From an uncultured Ignavibacteriaceae bacterium (GTDB lineage: Bacteria; Bacteroidota; Ignavibacteria; UBA10030), in NCBI GenBank assembly GCA_964534125.1, contig CAZHOJ010000004.1, forward strand, positions 231,436 through 295,435: DNA of 64,000 nt, written 5' to 3'. A model generated the notes under the pieces. The model ran no database searches. It was not told the DNA's origin and saw only the letters and a program-made list of their open reading frames with translations. A program made the translations under genes and the position numbers. Of the stretch, positions 53,855 to 63,521 are shown in pieces. Positions within the stretch are counted from its first letter, which is position 1, and each line of letters opens with the position of its first letter.

Positions 53855-55171
53855 ATGGCCGCTGACAATCATTTCCGGCACGTTCTCATCGTCGCATATT
53901 ACTTCCCGCCGCTGGGCCTGAGCGGTGTCCAGCGGACGACCAAGTTCGCCAAGTACCTGTCGCGCTACGGATGGAAACCGACGGTGCTGACGGTCGAACC
54001 CGGGGGGTACTACGCGTTCGATCAGTCGCTCCTGAAGGAAGTCGAGGATGCCGGCGTCACCATCGTCCGGACCGGTTCGCTCGATGCGAACCGCCTGTTC
54101 CGAAAGAAGGGGACGGTGCGGGTCCCGTCGGAGCTGATGCGGCGTCTTGCGGGGTTCATCGGCGATTTCTTCTTCATTCCGGACACGAAGATCGGCTGGA
54201 GGCGCAAGGCGGTCCGTGCCGGAAAGGTGCTGCTGAAGAACCGTTCCTTCGATGCCATCATCGCCACCGCACCGCCGCAGACGGACTTCCTCATCGGCGC
54301 TGAGCTTGCCCGTTTCGCCAACATACCGCTCCTCCTGGATTATCGCGACGCCTGGATCCACTACCCGTTCAAATTCTTCCCGACACCACTGCACACCTGG
54401 CTTCACAAGCGGCAGGAGCGCAAGGTCATCGCGCGGGCGGACAAGGTGGTCGTCACTCATCGCCGGATCAAAGAAGAACTCCTGACGAGGTACCCGAAGT
54501 TCGGGTATCGGGATGTTTCCATTCTCTCGCAGGGATATGACGAGGAGGATTTCCGCGGCGTGCGTCCGAAGGAACGGTTCAGGGGCCTCGACATCGTCCA
54601 TACGGGGACCTTCTACGGCCGGCGTTCACCGGACGTGCTCTTCAAGGCGCTCTCGCAGATGGTGCTCAAGGACCCGGACCTTCGCGGCATGCTGCGGGTG
54701 CGGCTCTTTGGGGCTCCCCGACGGCAGGACGTGCGGGCCGCAAAGCGGCTGGGGGTGGCTGACATTGTCCGTTTTGAGGGCTATGTTGAGCACAGAGCGT
54801 CGGTTCGTGCTCTTGTGGAGGCGGATGTCCTCTGGTACGTCATCGACAACGACCTGCAGTCGCCGGGTAAGCTGTTCGAGTATTTCGCTGCGGGCCGGAC
54901 GATCCTCGCATCTGTCGTGGATGGCTACACAAAGCAGCTCCTCGAAGAGTCGGGGGGAGCGGTGTGCCTTCCGCTCCGCGATGTCGATGCGCATGTCAAG
55001 GCCATCGGGGATCTCCTCGAACGGAAGCGGTCGGACACACTGCCGAGGACTCCATCGGCGTTCGCTCACCGGTACGAACGACTGAGACTGACCGGCGAAT
55101 TGGCGCGCCACCTCGAGCATCTGATGGACTACGACAGGGGTGAGTTCACCCGCGTGAAGGAGACATCATGA
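53855..55171 (+). CDS. GT4-family glycosyltransferase
   Basis: GT-B fold with the C-terminal E...E motif region (KLFEYFAAGRTILAS). Confidence 0.75.
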   Translation: MAADNHFRHVLIVAYYFPPLGLSGVQRTTKFAKYLSRYGWKPTVLTVEPGGYYAFDQSLLKEVEDAGVTIVRTGSLDANRLFRKKGTVRVPSELMRRLAGFIGDFFFIPDTKIGWRRKAVRAGKVLLKNRSFDAIIATAPPQTDFLIGAELARFANIPLLLDYRDAWIHYPFKFFPTPLHTWLHKRQERKVIARADKVVVTHRRIKEELLTRYPKFGYRDVSILSQGYDEEDFRGVRPKERFRGLDIVHTGTFYGRRSPDVLFKALSQMVLKDPDLRGMLRVRLFGAPRRQDVRAAKRLGVADIVRFEGYVEHRASVRALVEADVLWYVIDNDLQSPGKLFEYFAAGRTILASVVDGYTKQLLEESGGAVCLPLRDVDAHVKAIGDLLERKRSDTLPRTPSAFAHRYERLRLTGELARHLEHLMDYDRGEFTRVKETS

Positions 55172-56460
55172 ACGTACTTGTCATCGGCTCCGGCGGACGG
55201 GAACATGCGCTCGTCAGTGCGCTCGCTTCCAGCCCGTCGGTAAAGAAGGTCTACTGCGCACCCGGCAATGCGGGCATCGCGGACCAGGCGGAGCTCGTCC
55301 CTGTCAAGGGAGAGGACACGAACGGGCTTTTAAGGTTCGCAAGGCAGAACAACATTGACCTGACCGTTGTCGGACCGGAGCAGCCTCTTGTCGACGGCAT
55401 CGTTGACACATTCCGGGCGGAGGGGATGAGCATTTTCGGTCCCACGGCCGCTGCCGCACGCCTGGAAGGGAGCAAGGTCTTTTCCAAGGAGTTCATGAAG
55501 CGCCACGCCATTCCCACTGCGGGATTCGGGTCGTTCAGCGTCGGGGAGGAGGAGAAGGCGGTAGCTTTCGCCCGGACGCTCACGCCGCCGCTGGTGGTAA
55601 AGGCGGACGGCCTTGCCGCCGGGAAAGGGGTTCTCATCTGTCAGGGGCATACGGAGGCGGAGGGACACATACGGTCGATGCTGTCCGGCAGCGCCTTCGG
55701 GAAGGCAGGAACATCTGTGGTCGTCGAGGAGTACCTTGACGGCGAGGAGGCGTCGATCTTCGTTCTGACGGACGGAAAGAACCATGTGCCGCTTCCTCCG
55801 GCACAGGACCATAAGCGGATGTTCGACAACGATCAGGGAAAGAACACGGGCGGCATGGGCGCATATGCGCCGGCACCTGTGATGACGCAGGACCTTCTGG
55901 CGCGTGTCGAGGAAACGATCATTCGTGCGACGCTCGACGGGATGCGGAAGGATGGGCATCCATACACAGGGTGCCTGTATGTCGGCCTGATGATCACTGC
56001 AGAAGGCCCGAAGGTCCTCGAGTACAATTGCCGGTTCGGGGATCCGGAGACACAGGTTGTCGTCCCCCTTATCGCGTCGGACGCGGGGGAGCTGTTCATG
56101 AGCATCGCCAAGGGATCGCTCGACCCGACGGCCCTGAAGCTTCGAAAGAACTCGGCGGTCTGTGTGGTGATGGCCTCCGGCGGATATCCGGACGCATATG
56201 AGAAGGGAAAAAAGATCTCGGGCCTGGCATCGCTCGAGGGCCTTCCGGACGTCCGGGTGTTCCATGCCGGCACGGCCAGGTCCGGAGGGGACATCGTCAC
56301 ATCCGGCGGCCGCGTCCTGGGCATCACGGCAATGGGCCCCGAAGGAGACATCGGGACGACGATACGCAATACGTATGACGCCGTGAAGAAGGTGTCGTTC
56401 GACGGCGTGCACTATCGCACGGACATCGGTGCGCGGGCGCTGAGGCACACGTCGAGGTAG
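55168..56460 (+). CDS. purD: Phosphoribosylamine--glycine ligase
   Basis: MNVLVIGSGGREHAL and ATP-grasp motifs; ATGA overlap with the upstream GT4 gene. Confidence 0.95.
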   Translation: MNVLVIGSGGREHALVSALASSPSVKKVYCAPGNAGIADQAELVPVKGEDTNGLLRFARQNNIDLTVVGPEQPLVDGIVDTFRAEGMSIFGPTAAAARLEGSKVFSKEFMKRHAIPTAGFGSFSVGEEEKAVAFARTLTPPLVVKADGLAAGKGVLICQGHTEAEGHIRSMLSGSAFGKAGTSVVVEEYLDGEEASIFVLTDGKNHVPLPPAQDHKRMFDNDQGKNTGGMGAYAPAPVMTQDLLARVEETIIRATLDGMRKDGHPYTGCLYVGLMITAEGPKVLEYNCRFGDPETQVVVPLIASDAGELFMSIAKGSLDPTALKLRKNSAVCVVMASGGYPDAYEKGKKISGLASLEGLPDVRVFHAGTARSGGDIVTSGGRVLGITAMGPEGDIGTTIRNTYDAVKKVSFDGVHYRTDIGARALRHTSR

Positions 56461-56499
56461 CGGATATCCAGGATACATTCTGTGCCTGTCCGCTGCAGG

Positions 56500-57000
56500 C
56501 GATAGACCCCGTAGGGGTGCGATATTCGCGTCGCCACTTTTTCTTTCGGAAAGAAAAAGTGGCACAAAAAGAAACATGCACGAAATCAAGGCTCGAAGCG
56601 GCTCGCGTTCAATCGTAGGACGAATTCCCTCGATACCTGCGACAGACCGGGAGCAAAAGCGTCGAGGGAATTAAATGAGCGCGAGCCGTTCAGGGTAGAT
56701 CTCTTTCCGATCGGGGAACAGAGACTCCTGCTGAATGATTTCGTGCAGGCAGCTGAACCCAGGGATCTGCCTGAGATTCCTCCTGGCGAACATGGAGGAC
56801 CATTGAAAGCTGACTCCAACCGCTCATAGGCCCCGCCTGCCGGATAGAACGGCAAAGCGGGCCGCAGGCGGGGGTCTACGGTCTCTAACACAGCCAAACA
56901 AAGCCAGAGGGAAGGATCTGACAGACCCCGTAGGGGTCTCAGGTTTCTAACCCGCACCTTCAAGGGCAAAAAGCACCCCGTAGGGGTGCAACATACGGAG
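56500..57000. repeat. Structured non-coding region with three copies of the hairpin motif ACCCCGTAGGGGT, a TCTAAC-containing direct repeat and several long inverted repeats
   Basis: Motif copies at 56506-56518, 56928-56940 and 56975-56987. GGGGTCTACGGTCTCTAACAC versus GGGGTCTCAGGTTTCTAACCC direct repeats. Nested IR CGGCTCGCG...GAATTCCCTCGA / TCGAGGGAATT...CGCGAGCCG (56595-56688). CCCCGCCTGC / GCAGGCGGGG (56826-56868). Confidence 0.5.
56533..56563 (+). terminator. Perfect 14-bp A/T-rich hairpin downstream of purD (terminator-like, possibly bidirectional)
   Basis: GCCACTTTTTCTTT-CGG-AAAGAAAAAGTGGC; the U-runs lie within the stem rather than after it. Confidence 0.35.
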
Positions 57001-57102
57001 AAGAAAATGTGACCGACGGAGCAGAGCAAGAACCTGCGGTCGTTGCGAGAGATCGTCACAAATGAATTGCTCAACAAGGACAAATCATCCAATAGGAGCT
57101 GT

Positions 57103-58029
57103 ATGCGAATACTGATCACCGGAGGTGCTGGCTTCATTGCATCGCATATTGCGGATGCCTATGTCGCTGCCGGACACGAGGTAGAGATCGTCGATGATCT
57201 TTCGAGCGGGAAGAAGGAGAACGTCCCACCGAAGGCCGTCCTGCATGTGATGGACATCCGGGATGAACGGGTGGAGAAGCTGATGGCTGACGGGAAGTTC
57301 GATGTTGTCAGCCACCATGCAGCGCAGATGGACGTACGCCGCTCCGTGGCGGACCCGGCCTTCGACGCCTCGGTGAACGTCCTTGGCGGATTGAACATCT
57401 TCGAAGCTGCCCGCAGGCATGGCGTGAAAAAGATCATCTTCGCCTCTACCGGCGGGGCCATCTATGGCGAACAGGACTATTTCCCGGCCGACGAGGACCA
57501 TCCTACGCGCCCTCTGTCTCCCTACGGCATCACGAAACTTACCACCGAGAAGTACCTCTTCTACTATAAGCAGGTGTACGGTATCGATTCGGTCACTCTC
57601 CGCTATGCGAATATCTACGGTCCGCGGCAGAATCCGCACGGTGAAGCAGGCGTCGTGGCCATCTTTGCTTCGAAGCTCATCAAGGGAGAGCAGCCGGTCA
57701 TCAACGGTCCCGGCACGCAGACGCGGGACTATACGTTCGTCGGGGATGTCGCACAGGCGAACGTGCTTGCCTTGTCGTTCGACGGGACCGACATCTTCAA
57801 CGTGGGTACCGGCATCGAGCATGATGTCAACTTCCTCTTCCACCATCTCTCGAAGATCCTCCGCCCGGATTGTCTGGAACAGCACGGTGAGGCGAAGGCG
57901 GGTGAGCAGCAGCGGAGTGTGATCACAGCGGAGAAGCTGTATCGCACGTTCGGCTGGCGGCCGATGATGCGGCTCGATGAAGGCCTCGCTCTCACCGCAG
58001 CATGGTTTAAGCAACGCACTGGCGCATGA
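57103..58029 (+). CDS. NAD-dependent epimerase/dehydratase (GalE/short-chain SDR family)
   Basis: MRILITGGAGFIASH Rossmann motif and the SPYGITK (YxxxK) catalytic motif; AGGAG RBS. Confidence 0.85.
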   Translation: MRILITGGAGFIASHIADAYVAAGHEVEIVDDLSSGKKENVPPKAVLHVMDIRDERVEKLMADGKFDVVSHHAAQMDVRRSVADPAFDASVNVLGGLNIFEAARRHGVKKIIFASTGGAIYGEQDYFPADEDHPTRPLSPYGITKLTTEKYLFYYKQVYGIDSVTLRYANIYGPRQNPHGEAGVVAIFASKLIKGEQPVINGPGTQTRDYTFVGDVAQANVLALSFDGTDIFNVGTGIEHDVNFLFHHLSKILRPDCLEQHGEAKAGEQQRSVITAEKLYRTFGWRPMMRLDEGLALTAAWFKQRTGA

Positions 58030-58985
58030 GCGTATCCGCCGCCGATATTGCCGGCAGGGTCATCGCAGGCGAGAGGCGGTCCATCGCCCGCGCCATCTCC
58101 CTCGTGGAGAACGAGGCGCCGCAGGCGCAGGACCTTCTTCGTGAGCTCTATGCGAAGACAGGCCGGGCATATCGTATCGGCATGACGGGTCCACCGGGAG
58201 CCGGCAAAAGCACGCTTACCAACAAGCTGACACGTCACTATCGGTCCCAGGGAATGAAGGTTGGCATCATCGCCGTGGACCCGACCAGCCCATTTACGGG
58301 CGGGGCCCTTCTGGGGGACCGCATCCGGATGACGGACATCGAGATGGATGAGGGAGTGTTCATCCGCAGCATGGCGTCGAGGGGAAGTCTCGGAGGATTG
58401 TCGCGAAAGGCCCAGGAGGCCGCGGATGTTCTCGATGCCGGAGGGTTCGACCTGATCCTGTTCGAGACCGTGGGCGTGGGCCAGTCGGAGCTTGACATTG
58501 CAGGGGCAGCGGATACGACCGTCGTCATTCTCGTTCCGGAATCCGGCGACGGCATCCAGGCGATGAAAGCGGGACTGATGGAGATCGCCGACTTCTTCGT
58601 GCTGAACAAGGCCGACCGACCCGGAGCGGACCAGGCGGTCATGTCCATCAAGATGATCCTGGGTTTCAGGCCGCACGACGAGCATACGTGGATGCCAGAT
58701 GTGCTGAAAACGAAAGCGAACCAGGGAGAAGGCATCGACGAGGTCGCCGCACAGGTGCGCAGGCATCGCGAGCACCTCGAGGCGAAAGGGCTCCTCGCTT
58801 CGCGCCGCAGGTCCCGCCTGCAGAGCAGGATCCGCGAGCTTGTGGACGATTCCCTGCACGTTGCGTTCTGGGACGAGGAGCGGACGACGTTGCTCAACGC
58901 CCGGCTCGACGCGCTTGAGGGCGGGACGACCTCGCCGTACGATGTCGCACACGAGCTCGTGAAGCATTTCACCGAACGGTCCTGA
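58026..58985 (+). CDS. meaB: Methylmalonyl-CoA mutase-associated GTPase MeaB/ArgK
   Basis: GMTGPPGAGKSTL P-loop and ...VLNKADR... G4 motif; ATGA overlap with the epimerase gene. Confidence 0.88.
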   Translation: MSVSAADIAGRVIAGERRSIARAISLVENEAPQAQDLLRELYAKTGRAYRIGMTGPPGAGKSTLTNKLTRHYRSQGMKVGIIAVDPTSPFTGGALLGDRIRMTDIEMDEGVFIRSMASRGSLGGLSRKAQEAADVLDAGGFDLILFETVGVGQSELDIAGAADTTVVILVPESGDGIQAMKAGLMEIADFFVLNKADRPGADQAVMSIKMILGFRPHDEHTWMPDVLKTKANQGEGIDEVAAQVRRHREHLEAKGLLASRRRSRLQSRIRELVDDSLHVAFWDEERTTLLNARLDALEGGTTSPYDVAHELVKHFTERS

Positions 58986-58996
58986 AGGAGCGAACC

Positions 58997-60136
58997 ATGG
59001 AATTCGCCTTCACCGAAGAACAGAACCTGCTGCGGGACTCCGTGAGGGAGTTCGCATCCAGGGAGATACGTCCGCACATCATGGAGTGGGATGAGTCCCA
59101 GACCATGCCAGTGGACATCTTCAAAAAGATGGGGGAGCTCGGATTTCTCGGCATCGTCGCTCCGGAAGCGCATGAAGGGGCCGGCCTCACGTCCGTCGAT
59201 TTCTGCATCGTCATGGAGGAGCTGGCGGCTGTCGACCCTTCCATCGCGCTCTCGTTCGCAGCCCATAGCGGCCTTTGCCTGCAGCACATCCTGGCATTCG
59301 CCAACGAGGAGCAGCTTTCAGCGTACGTCCCTGCACTCGCCACAGGCAGGGTGCTTGGAGCATGGTGTCTTACGGAGCCGGGTTCGGGGAGTGATGCGAG
59401 CGGGATGCTGACGAATGCAAAGCGCAACGGCGATACGTATCTCCTCAACGGGTCAAAGATCTTCATCACGAACGGCGGAAGCGCCTCGACGTACGTCGTG
59501 ACGGCGAAGACCGATCCCGATGCGGGGAACAGAGGCATCTCAGCGTTCATCGTGGAGAAAGCCTTCGGCGGCATCTCGGTCGGTAAGAAGGAGAACAAGC
59601 TCGGCATGCGTGCAAGCGAGACCGTGCAGCTTTCCTTCGACAACGTGAAGGTCCCGGCCAGGAACCTGCTTGGGAAAGAAGGCGAGGGATTCAGGCAGGC
59701 GCTCGCCGTGCTCGACAGCGGACGGATCGGCATCGCTGCGCTCTCCACAGGACTCGCGCAGGGGGCGCTGAATGCAGCCGTTGCCTATGCAAAAGAACGG
59801 CAGCAGTTCGGGCGGCCCATCGCCGATTTTCAGGGCATCCAGTTCTCGCTGGCGGATATGGCAACGGAGGTGCAGGCTTCCCGGTTGCTGACCTATCGCG
59901 CTGCCGCCGCAAGGTCCAGAGGAGAAGACGTCACGCAGATCGCCGCACAGGCGAAGTACTTTGCCTCTGAGACCGCTCAGCGTGCATCGACCGCTGCTGT
60001 CCAGATCCACGGCGGATACGGATACATGAAGGACTATCCTGTCGAGAAGTTCTACCGCGACGCGAAGCTGCTGACCATCGGAGAGGGGACATCGGAAGTG
60101 CAACGGATGGTCATCGCCCGGAGCGTTCTTTCCTAG
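58997..60136 (+). CDS. Acyl-CoA dehydrogenase (short/branched-chain type)
   Basis: CLTEPGSGSDASGM, FITNG and QIHGGYGYMKDYPVEKFYRDAKL ACAD motifs. Confidence 0.88.
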   Translation: MEFAFTEEQNLLRDSVREFASREIRPHIMEWDESQTMPVDIFKKMGELGFLGIVAPEAHEGAGLTSVDFCIVMEELAAVDPSIALSFAAHSGLCLQHILAFANEEQLSAYVPALATGRVLGAWCLTEPGSGSDASGMLTNAKRNGDTYLLNGSKIFITNGGSASTYVVTAKTDPDAGNRGISAFIVEKAFGGISVGKKENKLGMRASETVQLSFDNVKVPARNLLGKEGEGFRQALAVLDSGRIGIAALSTGLAQGALNAAVAYAKERQQFGRPIADFQGIQFSLADMATEVQASRLLTYRAAAARSRGEDVTQIAAQAKYFASETAQRASTAAVQIHGGYGYMKDYPVEKFYRDAKLLTIGEGTSEVQRMVIARSVLS

Positions 60137-60329
60137 AAGCCGTCTGTCACCGCGCGATCAGGGTAGTTTCTCGCAGAGATTGCAACGAAAGCCACGCACG
60201 CAGCGAAAAGACAGGATGTTATTCTGAGCCAGGGACAAACCTTTTTCGGTGTCCCGTTCGACGCAACATCGCCAGATCCATTTTCCACACGTTGCGCCCG
60301 CCGCGAGAAATGCTTCTGACAAGGCATCT

Positions 60330-63300
60330 ATGAAGAATGAGAACCGCACTGCCCTGATAAGTTTCCTCTTCGTCCTCTCGGGCCTTCTCGGCCTCGTCTA
60401 CCAGATCGTCTGGTTCAAGTACCTCTCTTCCTTCCTCGGGAACACCACCTACGCCCAGTCCATCGTGCTCGCCACGTTCATGGGGGGCATGGCCATCGGC
60501 GCTTCGCTTTGGGGCCGCCGTGCGGACCGCGTCCGTTCGCAGCTCAGGGTCTACGGTTGGCTCGAGCTGGCCATCGGTGCTTTCTGTGCTTTGTATCCGC
60601 TCCTCTTGGAGTTCGTGCGTGGAGCATTCGTCGCGGCCCTGGCTGATCAGGAAGGGACCGGCGAATCGACGGGTGTACTCATCGCGAAGGTGGTCGTAAG
60701 CATGGTGATGCTGCTTCCGCCGACCATCCTGATGGGAGGGACCCTCCCGGTCCTCGTCAGGGCCGTCACGGACAGGTTCGAAAAGGCCGGCAGTGTGATC
60801 GCGACGCTGTATGCGCTCAACAGCCTGGGGGCCGTCATCGGAAGCATTCTCGGAGGATTCTTCTTCATCCGGCTTGTGGGACTCCAGGCGACCATACTCA
60901 TCGCCGCGATTCTCAGCATGTGCATCGGGGGAGTTGCCCTGCTCCTCAGCAGGCGTGAGCCTGTCCAGGAGACCGGCGATGCCGGATCGGACGAGGCGAT
61001 CGTCTACAGCAGCTCTGCAGGGACCGCGGCGACCATCGTTGCAGGGCTCTCGGGTGCCGCGGCCATGATGCTCGAGGTCGTTTGGGTCCGCATGCTCATT
61101 CCCGTCCTCGGGTCGTCGACCTATTCGTTCTCCCTCATGCTCGTGGCGTTCATTTCCGGCATCACGCTCGGCGGTCTCTACGTCGCCCGGATCATCGACC
61201 GCACGCGCCATCTCCCATCCTGGCTTCTTGCGTCCCAGGCCGCCATCGTCGCTTCTGTTGCGGTCACGCTGGTCGTGTACGACCGGTTGCCGTATCTCAT
61301 GTGGCACATCGCGTCGGTCCTGAACAGGTCGGAATCGACCTACCCGGTGTTCCTCATGCTGCAGTTCGTTCTGTGCTTCCTCTGGATGTTCGTCCCGACC
61401 TTCTTCTTCGGCGTTTCCCTGCCGGCCGCCATCAGGATCGCTTCGCGCAGTACGCGCACGCTCGGTTCGACGGTCGGAACGGTATACACCGTCAACACGT
61501 TCGGAACGGTCGTCGGCAGCCTTGCCGCAGGATTTGTGCTCATTCCCTTGATCGGGCTTTCCGCCACCGTCGGTGTTTCGATGCTGGTGCTGACGGCTGG
61601 TGTTCTTCTGCTCCTCGTGAAGGCAGAACCCGGCACACTTCCGCGATCAGGGCGGATCGTCACGGTCTCTTCCATACTGCTCAGCTTTCTGCTTGTCCTG
61701 ATGTTTGCATCCGATACGATGGGCCCGTCCCTCACGGGTGTCTTCCGGCTCATCAACAAGAACAGGGTCCCGCCATCCTCGTACAGCGAGTTCGTCTCGA
61801 CATATGCTCCTTCCAGGGTCGTCTTCTACGAAGAGGGGATCTCGGCCACGGTGGGGGTCGTCGAGTCCCCGCTGGATGAGGGCACGGAGCGGGTCCTTAT
61901 CATCAACGGTAAGTCCGACGCCTCTTCTGTGAGCGACCTTCCGACGCAGCTGCTGCTCGGCCATTTGCCTGCGTTGCTCCATGGCGATCCGAAGACGGCG
62001 CTGGTCGTAGGGTATGGCAGCGGTGCCACGGTGGGGGGATTGCTGCATCATCCGGTCGACCGGCTCGACTGCGTCGAGATCTCACCTGAGGTCGTCGACG
62101 CATCGCCGTACTTCGAGGATGCCAACGGCGATCCGTTCAGCGACGAGCGCTTCCATCTCGCCATCGACGATGCGGCATCGTACATCGAGCTGACGCCGCA
62201 CCTGTATGACATCATCGTCAGCGAGCCGTCGAATCCCTGGATCGCAGGCATCGGAAGCCTGTATACAACAGAGTTTTTCGAGCAGTGCAAGGCACGGATG
62301 ACCCCCAACGGCGTGATGTCGCAGTGGTTCCACATGTACGAGGTCGATGACGAGACCTTCACTCTCGTCGTCAGGACGTTCGCCTCGGTCTTTCCGTATG
62401 TGACGCTGTGGGAATCGATGTCTGCGGACATACTGCTGATCGGGTCCATGCAGCCGCTCGATGTGACCATGGAGGGGCTCCGCACGAGCATGCAGGCACC
62501 CGGCGTGAAGGCAGACCTCGAACGGATCAGCATCTCCGATCCGCTGACGCTGATGAGCCTGCAGGTGATGAGCAACCGCCACGTCCGGGCGTTCGTCGGC
62601 GACGGCCTGATGAACACCGAGGACCATCCGGTGCTGGAGTTCCTCGCCCCCCGTGCGTTCTTCGTCAACCGGGGCGTCTCGAATATGGATGACCATGACG
62701 AGCGGCTGATGCATGCATCGCCGGATACATATCTCTGGCGGAAAGTCCGGACGCAGCAACTGTCCGACAGCGACATGAGGACACTTGGGACCTTCCACGC
62801 CGGGCAGCGGCGGGGCCATCCATTCCTCGGATACTTCCTGCTGAGCGACTATGTGCGGCGTCATCGTGCTGACTCCGAGGTGCTGGAAACGCTTGTGGAC
62901 CTCACCGGCCGGATCGGGAAAGAGGCGGAGCGTATCGGCTACCTGCGAATGCTCGCGGACCTCGCTCCGCGGGATGCACAAGCACAGGTCGACTACGGGT
63001 GGGCCAGATTCGAGTGGCAGCGCAGCTCAGGTTCTGTGCTCGACGGCGGGACGACGGAAGAGTCCGAAAGCCGCATCCGGCAGGCCATCCGGCTCGCCGC
63101 AGATACGGTCGATACATACCGCGTACGGCTTGCTGACCTTTTCTTCGCCACCGGACGCTACGGGCTGGCAATGGACCAGTATGCGCGCGCTATCCAGCTC
63201 CGTGAATCATACTCACGCGATCCGTACATTGCCTCCGACAAGCTGTTCACACGGCTGGCGCAGTGCCTGTACGAAACGGGCGACCGGACACGGGCCCTCG

Positions 63301-63398
63301 GTTATGCCCTTCAGGCAGCGAACATGAACCCGGCCAACGACGAGGCGCGCACCCTGATCGCAACGTTGTGGAGCGAGGGAACTGGCACGCTGAAGTAG
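60330..63398 (+). CDS. Fused MFS-like membrane domain / spermidine-synthase-fold protein with C-terminal TPR-like repeats
   Basis: About 10 N-terminal TM helices; central VVGYGSGATVG...DIIVSEPSNPWIAGIGSLYTTEFF aminopropyltransferase fold; C-terminal helical repeats. Start chosen at MKNENRTAL. Confidence 0.7.
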   Translation: MKNENRTALISFLFVLSGLLGLVYQIVWFKYLSSFLGNTTYAQSIVLATFMGGMAIGASLWGRRADRVRSQLRVYGWLELAIGAFCALYPLLLEFVRGAFVAALADQEGTGESTGVLIAKVVVSMVMLLPPTILMGGTLPVLVRAVTDRFEKAGSVIATLYALNSLGAVIGSILGGFFFIRLVGLQATILIAAILSMCIGGVALLLSRREPVQETGDAGSDEAIVYSSSAGTAATIVAGLSGAAAMMLEVVWVRMLIPVLGSSTYSFSLMLVAFISGITLGGLYVARIIDRTRHLPSWLLASQAAIVASVAVTLVVYDRLPYLMWHIASVLNRSESTYPVFLMLQFVLCFLWMFVPTFFFGVSLPAAIRIASRSTRTLGSTVGTVYTVNTFGTVVGSLAAGFVLIPLIGLSATVGVSMLVLTAGVLLLLVKAEPGTLPRSGRIVTVSSILLSFLLVLMFASDTMGPSLTGVFRLINKNRVPPSSYSEFVSTYAPSRVVFYEEGISATVGVVESPLDEGTERVLIINGKSDASSVSDLPTQLLLGHLPALLHGDPKTALVVGYGSGATVGGLLHHPVDRLDCVEISPEVVDASPYFEDANGDPFSDERFHLAIDDAASYIELTPHLYDIIVSEPSNPWIAGIGSLYTTEFFEQCKARMTPNGVMSQWFHMYEVDDETFTLVVRTFASVFPYVTLWESMSADILLIGSMQPLDVTMEGLRTSMQAPGVKADLERISISDPLTLMSLQVMSNRHVRAFVGDGLMNTEDHPVLEFLAPRAFFVNRGVSNMDDHDERLMHASPDTYLWRKVRTQQLSDSDMRTLGTFHAGQRRGHPFLGYFLLSDYVRRHRADSEVLETLVDLTGRIGKEAERIGYLRMLADLAPRDAQAQVDYGWARFEWQRSSGSVLDGGTTEESESRIRQAIRLAADTVDTYRVRLADLFFATGRYGLAMDQYARAIQLRESYSRDPYIASDKLFTRLAQCLYETGDRTRALGYALQAANMNPANDEARTLIATLWSEGTGTLK

Positions 63399-63521
63399 GT
63401 GCGACCGTCGGTCTGGCGTTTCATTCTCAGTTCCGCTCGTCGCGAGCCTGCCTGTAGCTCCGGGCAGCTGGATCCGAAAAGTCGTAGAGCCAAATACCAA
63501 AGACCAAAAACTGCAAGGCAT

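Noticed and set aside
56500-57000. Possible CRISPR array suggested by recurring ACCCCGTAGGGGT motif
   Set aside because: Only three short (13-nt) palindromic copies with irregular spacing (about 420 and 47 nt), no uniform repeat-spacer periodicity and no cas genes in the window.
56586-57137. 183-aa minus-strand ORF in the purD-epimerase intergenic region
   Set aside because: Pro/Ser/Arg/Leu-rich low-complexity product, no RBS or start context. The region is dominated by hairpins and repeats; more consistent with non-coding structured DNA/RNA.
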